The position numbers and the translations under genes were made by a program. From an uncultured Gemmatimonadales bacterium (GTDB taxonomy: Bacteria > Gemmatimonadota > Gemmatimonadetes > Gemmatimonadales > GWC2-71-9), in NCBI GenBank assembly GCA_947259405.1, contig CAMYLY010000013.1:33382-97381 (forward strand): a stretch of DNA of 64,000 nucleotides. The letters are read 5' to 3'. This document shows positions 48,972 to 57,900 of this stretch, one piece after another. The notes beneath the pieces are model-generated. The model searched no databases and was not told the DNA's origin. It saw only the letters and a list, made by a program, of their open reading frames with translations. The first letter of the stretch is position 1; every line of letters starts with the position of its first letter.

Positions 48972-49850
48972 ATGGAGTATTTGGAGAATAGCATGCAGCT
49001 GAAAGATTACGATACAACCCGCCAGATGAGTGCTTCCGTCGTGAGCTCAACACGGATTACGCCCGAGAACACCGAGACGGAAATACGGCACATTGACCTC
49101 GCCGTGGACAGCTTCGACTTCAGCTATCAGGTCGGGCAAAGCATTGGGGTCTTGGTCCCGGGTCCCCATGCATTTGGCCAAAAGGAATACCTGCGTCTCT
49201 ACTCTATTGCCGGCGGCAGTACGGCCGATGACTTCAAGCCGGTGATTTCGCTGTGCGTGAAGCGCTGCTTCTACATTGACGACTACAATGGCGAACGCTA
49301 CGAGGGGAAGGCGTCCAACTACCTTTGCGATCTGAAGAAGGGCGACACTGTCACGTTGGTAGGCCCCTACCTTCGTGCTTTCACCCTGCCCCAGGAAAAG
49401 GACGCCAATCTGCTGATGATCGGGCTGGGTACTGGGATTGCCCCCTTCCGGGCCTTCATCAAGCACATCTACGGTGAACTGGGAGGTTGGGAGGGCGATG
49501 TGCGTCTGTATCACGGCGCCATGACCGGTATCGAACTGGCCTATATGAACGACCAGAACGCTGACCTGAAGTATTACTACGACGAAGACACCTTCAAGGC
49601 TTTCCAGGCGCTCAGTCCGCGTGCCCATTTCGACGTGCCGGTCGACTTGGAAGGGGCCATGACCCAGAACGCCGATGAAGTCTGGGCCCTGCTGCAGGAC
49701 CCAAAAACGTACGTCTACGTGGCCGGTCTGAAGCAGATCAGCGAACTGCTGGACGAGGCGATGGTGAAGATTGTCGGTTCGCCTGAAACGTACGAGCAGC
49801 AGAAAGCAAAGATGTTCGACGAAGGCCGTTGGGCTGAGTTGATCTACTAG
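48972..49850 (+). CDS. plant-type ferredoxin/flavodoxin-NADP+ reductase-like flavoprotein
   Basis: 292-aa ORF. FAD motif LRLYSIAGG and NAD(P) motif GLGTGIAPFRAF. Lower GC than neighbours. Start could be 48993. Confidence 0.8.
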   Translation: MEYLENSMQLKDYDTTRQMSASVVSSTRITPENTETEIRHIDLAVDSFDFSYQVGQSIGVLVPGPHAFGQKEYLRLYSIAGGSTADDFKPVISLCVKRCFYIDDYNGERYEGKASNYLCDLKKGDTVTLVGPYLRAFTLPQEKDANLLMIGLGTGIAPFRAFIKHIYGELGGWEGDVRLYHGAMTGIELAYMNDQNADLKYYYDEDTFKAFQALSPRAHFDVPVDLEGAMTQNADEVWALLQDPKTYVYVAGLKQISELLDEAMVKIVGSPETYEQQKAKMFDEGRWAELIY

Positions 49851-49932
49851 CGGCGGCAGGCCGACTGGGTGTGTGCGGGCATGGCATGATCACGAAGAGA
49901 CCGACGGGACGATGAAGGCGGAGGGGAAACGC

Positions 49933-51024
49933 ATGAACGTCTTCGAGCGCTACCTGAGTGTTTGGGTAGCGCTCTGTATGGTGCTGGGAGTCTTGGTCGG
50001 GAAGTCGTTCCCAGGGCTGGTCGAGGTATTTCAGGGCCTCGAGTTTGGCGACGGAAGCCATATCAACGTGCCAATCGCGGTCTTGATCTGGCTCATGATC
50101 TACCCGATGATGCTCAAGATCGACTTCAAGTCGATCAAGGACGTTGGGAAACGCCCCCGGGGCCTCTTCGTCACGCTCTTCGTGAACTGGCTCGTGAAGC
50201 CGTTCTCGATGGCCCTCTTCGGGTGGCTCTTCTTCCGCCACTTGTTCCTGCCGTGGATCGGGGAAGACCTCGCGAGCCAATACATCGCCGGCGTGATCAT
50301 CCTGGCTGCAGCCCCGTGCACGGCCATGGTGTTCGTGTGGTCGTATCTCTCCGATGGCGACCCGGCGTACACGCTGGTGCAAGTTTCGGTCAACGACCTC
50401 ATCATGCTCGTGGCGTTCGTCCCCATCGTGACGTTCCTCGTGTCCGGCACGTCCGGACTCGAGGTCCCATTCGCGGTCCTGCTGTACTCCGTCGTCATCT
50501 TCGTCGTCATTCCCTTGGTCGCCGGATCGCTCAGTCGTCGCGTGTTGTTGGCGCGGTACGGACGCAAGTGGTTCGAAGAGCGGTATCTCCCGCTCTTCGC
50601 CCCGATCACGGTACTGGCGTTGCTGGCCACGCTCGTGTTGATCTTCGCGTTTCAAGCCGAGAACATCACGACACGCTGGTTCCATGTGGTGCTCATTGCC
50701 ATTCCTATCCTCCTGCAGGTGTACTTCAATTCCTCGCTCACGTACGGGCTCATGCGCCTGTTCAAAGTGCCGTATGCAGTTGCCGCTCCCGGCGCCCTCA
50801 TCGGGGCGTCGAACTTCTTCGAGTTGGCCGTGGCAACGGCCATTGCGTTGTACGGCCCGGGATCGGGTGCGGCACTCGCCACGGTGGTGGGTGTGCTCGT
50901 TGAAGTCCCGGTCATGTTGTCCGTCTGTCGTGTGTGCGTGGCTACGAAACACTGGTTTGCCGAGCCGGCGCCGGTGGCGCCCGCTGCAATGAGTTCTCCG
51001 GTCAGCCCCAGTTCAGCGGGTTAG
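49933..51024 (+). CDS. acr3: ACR3 family arsenite efflux transporter
   Basis: MNVFERYLSVWVALCM, IWLMIYPMMLKIDF and the conserved Cys in AAPCTAMVFVW. Ten-helix-like hydrophobicity. An alternative start is at 49912. Confidence 0.92.
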   Translation: MNVFERYLSVWVALCMVLGVLVGKSFPGLVEVFQGLEFGDGSHINVPIAVLIWLMIYPMMLKIDFKSIKDVGKRPRGLFVTLFVNWLVKPFSMALFGWLFFRHLFLPWIGEDLASQYIAGVIILAAAPCTAMVFVWSYLSDGDPAYTLVQVSVNDLIMLVAFVPIVTFLVSGTSGLEVPFAVLLYSVVIFVVIPLVAGSLSRRVLLARYGRKWFEERYLPLFAPITVLALLATLVLIFAFQAENITTRWFHVVLIAIPILLQVYFNSSLTYGLMRLFKVPYAVAAPGALIGASNFFELAVATAIALYGPGSGAALATVVGVLVEVPVMLSVCRVCVATKHWFAEPAPVAPAAMSSPVSPSSAG

Positions 51025-51132
51025 GCATTAGGCAGGATAGATCGATTGCGTGCGCCATCTAACAATCGGTTGCAGCTGGCCGGCGCCCACCGGGGTGGTG
51101 TTCTAAAAGGGCTCGATCCGGCTCTTCTTGCC

Positions 51133-51498
51133 TCAGAAGTCGAGTTCCAAATGCCATTTTAGACCTCGCATACGCGCTTCCTCAAAAACGCGGATGTAGT
51201 CTTCGAGGTCCTCGATCACAGCCTTAGTATCCGGAATTGATTTCGGTTCCTTACGTAGACTCCTAATAATCGCCGACGCCCAATCCACGCCTTCAGTCGC
51301 ATCAAACCATTGCGGCTTCATGTCGGGCCCACCGAATTCGCTCAAATCCTGAAACGCGTAATCCTCGAAGCTTTTCAGCCCGAGGTGTTTTGCCACCTCG
51401 TTTACCGCGTTCAAGTGCTTCGTCAACATCTTTCCATCGACGACGGCATCGAAACCCGGATCGTCATCGTCAAGAACAATGAAGTAGGCGGTGCTCAT
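51133..51498 (-). CDS. hypothetical acidic protein (~121 aa)
   Basis: Start at MSTAYFIVLDDDDPGFDAVVDG. Clearly lower GC than the flanks, with no family motif recognised. The upstream part of the 194-aa track ORF runs into the repeat. Confidence 0.5.
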   Translation of the reverse strand: MSTAYFIVLDDDDPGFDAVVDGKMLTKHLNAVNEVAKHLGLKSFEDYAFQDLSEFGGPDMKPQWFDATEGVDWASAIIRSLRKEPKSIPDTKAVIEDLEDYIRVFEEARMRGLKWHLELDF

Positions 51499-51589
51499 AT
51501 CTCTAGGACAAAGTGCATGAGTGAGGTTTGGGGTAGAAGTTACCCCATTTGTTACCCCACCTTCTCGGAACGACAAAGGCCCGACACCG

Positions 51590-51710
51590 CTAAGTGGTTG
51601 CGACATCGAGCCTTGGTGAGTCGGGACGGCGGGATTTGACGCGGCGTAAGCGAGCGCCGCAGGGCGCGACGCGAACAGAGCGCAAATCCCGTCGCCCCCC
51701 TGAACCCCAT
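51590..51710 (+). repeat. compact copy of the intergenic repeat family
   Basis: CTAAGTGGTTGCGAC..GTCGGGACGGCGGGATTTGACGCGGCGtaagcgagCGCCGC..GACGCGAACAGAGCGCAAATCCCGTCGCCCCCCTGAACCCCAT. The 5' CGGGATTTG is complementary to the 3' CAAATCCCG. Confidence 0.88.
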
Positions 51711-51962
51711 GCGACACGACAGAGGGATCGAGTCACGGCTGACGCACAGTGCGACAACTCGCGACCTAGCGGGTCGGCGCGTATCCTCTTTGCATGCTGA
51801 CGCCGAGCTCGCGCATTTTGAATTCAACTTCTCGAGGGTGAACAAACAATGGCAGCGTTGTTGCCGCCAGAAAGGGCCGGTTGATGGGGTTCGGAGGCAG
51901 GAAGGGGACTACGACTCCTTGATCACGTCCGCACACTGGGACCTGCGCATACGGAGGTCGAC

Positions 51963-54900
51963 GTGAACGTCGCGGAGGCCATGGTCGCGTCTCCTTCTCA
52001 AGTGGAACTACCGATCCGCGCCGAAGCGTTCGGTATCGAACGACTCCAGCAGCATGCGGAGAGCCTGGCACTGGCCCAACCTGTCGCTGATGCACGAGCC
52101 AAGGAACGTGAACTCCTTCCGCGTGTCCGCGAGAACGGGCGCGTGCTGCTTGCCGGGTACCGAAACATCGTCGGGGCGGTCCGACAGAAGAACGAGATCA
52201 CGCAGGCCGAGGAGTGGATCCTCGACAACTTTCACGTTGTCGACGAGCAGGTCCGGGAAGTCAGGGACCACCTCCCGGGCAGCTTCTACAAACTCCTGCC
52301 GAAGATTGCCGAGGGCCGACATCTCGGGGGATACCCACGTGTCTACGGGCTCGCATGGGCGTATGTAGCGCATACCGACAGCCGGTTCGATCTGGAAACA
52401 CTGCAGGCGTTCGTGCGCGCGTACCAGCACGTCCAACCCCTCGGGATCGGTGAACTCTGGGCAGTAGCAATCCACCTTCGCGTGGCCCTGCTCGAAAACC
52501 TGCGACGGTTATCGAAGCTCGTCATCCGGGCGCGCCACGGTCGCGCGCGCGCCGATGAGATGGCGGATCGCCTGCTCGGCCTGAGCGGCCTGCCCGCGCA
52601 ACAGGTGGACCAGGTGTTGGGTCCGCTAGGTAGCGCTCGCTTGGGCAGCGCGTTCTCCGTGCAATTGCTGCAACGACTCCGCGACCAGACACGGTCCGTC
52701 ACACCGGCGCTCGAGTGGCTGAACGAGAGACTGGCTGCCCAAGGAACATCCGCCAGCGAGGTAACGGCTCGAGCGCATCAAGCACAAGCCGCGGCGAACA
52801 TCTCGGTTCGTAACGTCATCACCAGCATGCGGTGGATGTCCTCCATCAGCTGGTCAGCGTTTTTCGAGAACGTGAGCCTGGTGGACGAGACCCTCCGATC
52901 GGTTCCAGGGTTCGGAGAGATGGATTTTGCCACTCGCGACAAGTACCGAGCCGCCGTCGAGGAGTTGTCCCGCGGTTCGATGCGAACAGAACTGGAAGTG
53001 GCGCAGGGGGCGGTGACATTGGCCCGCGAGGCGAAGCGCGATCGAGAGCGTGCGTCACGCGAAGCCAATCCAGACGAGCGCTCTCCATCGAACGACCAGT
53101 CCGCGGTGCGTGCCATTCCCGAGCGTGCCGAGGAGGACCCTGGGTATTACTTGGTGTCGGCCGGCAGGTGGGCGTTCGAGAAGCTGCTGGGCTATCGGGT
53201 TCCGGTGCGAGTCCGGATCAGGCGAGCGTGGCGCGCTCACGCGGTCTCCGGCTATTTCGGATTGATCGGCGTGTTGACCGCACTGGTCCTCGCCGGCCCG
53301 CTGTTCGTGACCGGAACTGCGGGTGCGAGCGTGCCTGTCCTCATGCTCCTGGGGATTTTGGCCTTCGTACCCGCCTCTGATCTCGCCGTGTCGTTGGTCC
53401 ATCGCTTGGTGGCTCTTGTCGTTCCACCCCGTTTGCTCTGCAAGCTGGAACTCCCTCACGGCGTGCCCGCCGACCAGCGAACGATGGTGGTGGTTCCCAC
53501 GCTGCTCACCAGTCCAGCGGACATCGAAGAGTCCATCGAACGACTCCAGGTGCACTACTTGGCGAATCCTGAAGGCCATCTTCATTTCGCACTGCTCACC
53601 GATTGGAAGGATGCTCCCCTCGAGCACATGCCGGGCGACGACGAGCTCGTCGCCGCGCTGGCCGACGGAATCGCCATCCTCAACGAGCGATATGGGCGTC
53701 CGCCTGGAGGAGGGGACCGGTTCATCCTGTTGCATCGTCGACGTCTCTGGAACGAGAAGGAAGGCAAGTGGCTCGGTTGGGAGCGGAAGCGAGGGAAGCT
53801 GCGTGAATTGAACCGGCTTCTCCGTGGCGCCACCGATACGACGTTCATCCCCGTCAACGGCAAGCCACCCACGGTTCCCGATGGCGTTCGATACGTGATC
53901 ACGTTGGACGCCGATACCCGACTCCCCCGGCGGGCCGCGTACCACCTCGTAGGCGCCATGGCCCACCCGCTGAATCGGCCGCAACTGGACCCCGAGGCGG
54001 GCCGGGTGGTCGAGGGGTATGGAATTCTGCAGCCGCGGATCACACCGTCCCTGCCCACTGGGCCGGGCAGTACGACCTACCAGCGAATCGTGTCTGGGCC
54101 TGGGGGCGTGGACCCCTATGCGGCTGCCGTCTCCGACGTCTATCAGGACCTGTTCAGAGAGGGGTCGTATACCGGTAAGGGGATCTACGACGTCGACGCC
54201 TTTGAGGCGGCGCTTGCCGGCCGGGTGCCGGAGAACGCGCTACTGAGTCACGATCTCTTCGAAGGATTGTTCGCGCGCGCCGGCTTGGTTACCGACATCG
54301 ATCTGTTCGAGGAGTTCCCGACCAACTACGAGGTAGCTGCCCGCCGCAACCATCGGTGGGTACGGGGCGACTGGCAGCTCCTTCCTTGGATCCTCGGCCG
54401 CAACGATGGCGAACGCGGAAAGACGTCAGGCATTCCCGTGCACGGTCGATGGAAGATGCTGGACAACCTGCGACGCAGCCTCCTGGCGCCTGCGTCGTTC
54501 CTCCTTGGGGTCGCCGCGTGGACACTGCCTGGGGTGTCGCCGTTTCTCTGGACCTTTCTGTTCATCACGGCCATTGCGTTGCCGGGTTTCATGCCGGTTC
54601 TCGACGGCCTGATCCCCAGGCGCGAGGGGTTTTCCAAGCGCAGTCATCTGCGCGCCACCGGCCGAGACGTCCAGGTTGCCACGCTGCAAGTGTTGCTCGC
54701 GATCACGGTGCTGGCGCACCGGGCGCGGTACATGGCGGATGCCGTGGTGCGTACGCTCGGCAGGCTCTACATCACGAAGCGGCGCCTACTGGAATGGGTT
54801 CCCGCCGCGCAGGCTGGGTACGGCGTCGATTTGAAGCTTCGCGCGTTCTACTGGCACTTACGCTGGAGTGTTTTCCTCGGCGCGGTGGCGGGCGTTCTCT

Positions 54901-57900
54901 TCCTCGCGTTCAAACCATGGGCTTGGACGGTTGCGGGGCCGCTGGTGTCCCTGTGGATCCTGGCGCCCGTGTTGGCCTGGTGGGTGAGCGCTCCACAGGA
55001 GGTCTCTGAGACGCAGCGCCTTTCGCCGAGGGAAACGCGCACACTACGACTCACAGCCCGGCGAACGTGGCGCTTCTTCGAGACGTTCGTGACCGAAGAG
55101 GAGCACGCGCTCCCACCAGACAACTTCCAGGAAGATCCCGAGCCGGTCGTCGCTCATCGCACCTCGCCGACGAACATGGGGCTGTACCTCCTGAGCACAA
55201 TGGCTGCGCGCGACTTCGGATGGATCGGGATCTCGGACATGTTGCGGCGACTCGAGGCCACGCTGACAACCATGACCTCCCTGCGCCGGGTTCATGGTCA
55301 CTTCGCCAACTGGTACGACACGAGAGACCTCCGGCCACTCGATCCGATCTACGTCTCGACGGTCGATAGCGGAAATCTCGCCGGCCACCTCATAGCGTTG
55401 GCCCAGGGGTGCCGCGAATTGGTCAGGGCGCCGCTGTTCGGTCCCCGCGTCCTCGAAGGGATCCGGGACGCACTCGATCCGGTGATCGAAGCGGTCGACG
55501 GTGACGCGTTGGGAGCGCGCACCGAAATGGTCACGACGTCGCAGGCACGCGAGGCCTTGGCTGCGATGTCGGCGGTTCTGAGCGACCCGCCGTCCACGCT
55601 TCGTGAATGGGGGGAGCGGCTCGAGGAATTGGAGGCTCACGCGGAGAGCCTGGAGGACATCGTTCACACACTTTCGGCTGCTGCGGGGACAGCAACCGGT
55701 TCGGAGGTTTCGGCATGGGCGACCGCCGTTCATGAGACGGTCCGGAGTCACGCGCGTGATCTAGCGATGGTTCGGGCCGAGGGTCCGGACTCCACATCGG
55801 AAGCGACAACCACGCTCGAGCACCGCCTCTCGGCGGTGGCCCTCCAAGCAGAGCAGATGGCCCATGCGATGGACTTCCGGTTCCTCTTCGACCCGTCGCG
55901 CAGGTTGTTCTCCATCGGGTTCCGCGTGGCCGACAACACGCTCGACCCAAGCTGTTACGACCTGCTGGCCTCGGAGGCGAGACTCGCGAGCTTCATCGCG
56001 ATCGCCAAGAGCGACGTAACGCCGCGGCATTGGTTCCTCCTCGGCCGGGCCCTCACGCCGGTGGGGCGCGGCGCGGCGCTGGTTTCCTGGTCGGGATCGA
56101 TGTTCGAGTATCTGATGCCGCTTCTGGTGATGGAACAACCGTCTCGGAGCCTGCTGGACCTCACCTGTCGCCTCGTGGTTGGACGCCAAATACGGTACGG
56201 TGCGGAACGAGGCGTTCCGTGGGGAGTTTCCGAATCCGCCTACAACGTGAGGAACGTCGAGCTCACCTATCAATACTCGGACTTCGGTGTGCCCGGTCTG
56301 GGACTCAAGCGCGGATTGTTCGAGGACGTGGTGGTGGCGCCCTACGCCACGGCACTCGCGGCGATGGTCGACCCGAAAGCGGCTATCGCCAATGTCTCCC
56401 GTCTTCGCGATGCCGGCGCACGCGGTCCTTATGGGTTCTACGAAGCCTTGGATTTCACACCATCGCGACTACCCGAGACGGCACACGTGGCCATCGTTCG
56501 GGCGTACATGGCCCACCATCAGGGGATGACGATCGTCGCCCTGGGGAACGTCGTTCACGACGGTCTCACCCAGCGACGCTTCCACGCCCATCCCATGGTC
56601 CAGGCGTCGGAGCTCCTGCTGCAGGAGCGCACGCCACGTGCGGTGGCCGTCACCCGACCGCGCGGCGAGGAAGTGGAAGTGGCCGTCCATGTTCGCGACC
56701 TCGTGCCGTCGACCCTGCGCGTGTTCGAGTCGCCGCACGATATCCCGCCACGCACCCACCTCCTCTCGAACGGTCGGTATCTGGTCATGGTCACCGCCGC
56801 GGGCTCCGGTTTCAGTCGATGGCACGACCTTGCCGTCACGCGTTGGCGTGAGGATACCACACGGGATTGTTGGGGAGCCTTTCTCTTCTTGCGGGACGCA
56901 AAGACGGGTGACGTGTGGTCGGCCGGGTTCCAGCCGAGTGGCACCGAAATGGACGAATACGACGTCGTCTATGCGGAAGACCGCGCCAAGATCATGCAGC
57001 GCGATCGGTCACTCTCCATCGCGCTCGAGATCGTGGTCTCGCCCGAGGATGACGCCGAACTGCGCCAGCTCACGGTGACCAATCTCGAGCACCACTATCG
57101 TGAGATCGATGTGACTTCGTATGCCGAAGTTGCCCTGACGCCACAGGCCGCGGACGAGGCCCATCCGGCCTTTTCGAATCTCTTCGTGGAAACGGAGATC
57201 GTTCCCGAACTCGAGACGCTGCTGGCCACCCGACGCCCCCGCTCCGCCGATGAGCAACAGCCGTGGCTGGCGCATGTCGCGTCGATCGACGGGGAGGTGA
57301 TCGGCGCCTGTCAGTACGAGAGCGCGCGCACACGTTTTCTGGGCCGGGGCCGGTGGATACGAACGGCAGTCTCGTTGATGGAGGGCGAGCCGCTCACCAA
57401 CAGCACCGGGACGGTGCTGGATCCGATCGTCAGTCTCCGGTATCGAGTCGCGATTCCTGCGGGCGGAACGGTCCGTCTCGTGTTCACGAATCTGGTGGCG
57501 CCGTCACGAGACGAAGCCCTCGACCTGGCGGAGAAGTACCGTCACCCGGGAACGTTCGAACGAGAGAGTTCTCTGGCCTGGATGTATGCGCAGGTGCAGC
57601 TGCACCATCTCAGGATCACCCAAGACGATGCGCACCTCTATCAACGTCTGGCCAATCGTCTGCTCTACAACGATCGCACGTTGCGCACCACACCCGAGGA
57701 GCTGGCCACGAACCGCCTAGGTCCCTCGGGACTCTGGCCGCACGGCATCTCCGGCGATCTCCCGATTGCCCTGGTACGCATCGAGCAGGAAGAAGAGCGG
57801 GATGTCGCGAGACAGCTGCTTCGGGCGCACGAGTACTGGCGGCTGAAGGGGATATCCGCCGACCTGGTGATCCTCAATGCCAAAGGTGCCTCCTACGCGC

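Noticed and set aside
49738-50952. 404-aa minus-strand ORF antisense to acr3
   Set aside because: The composition is dominated by R/H/E/D runs with no motif, and it fully overlaps a transporter gene that has clear family signatures.
51641-51646. TTGACG inside the repeat core as a sigma70 -35 box
   Set aside because: No TATAAT-like -10 follows at 16-18 nt in any copy (the downstream sequence is GC-rich hairpin). Several copies are not upstream of a co-oriented gene.
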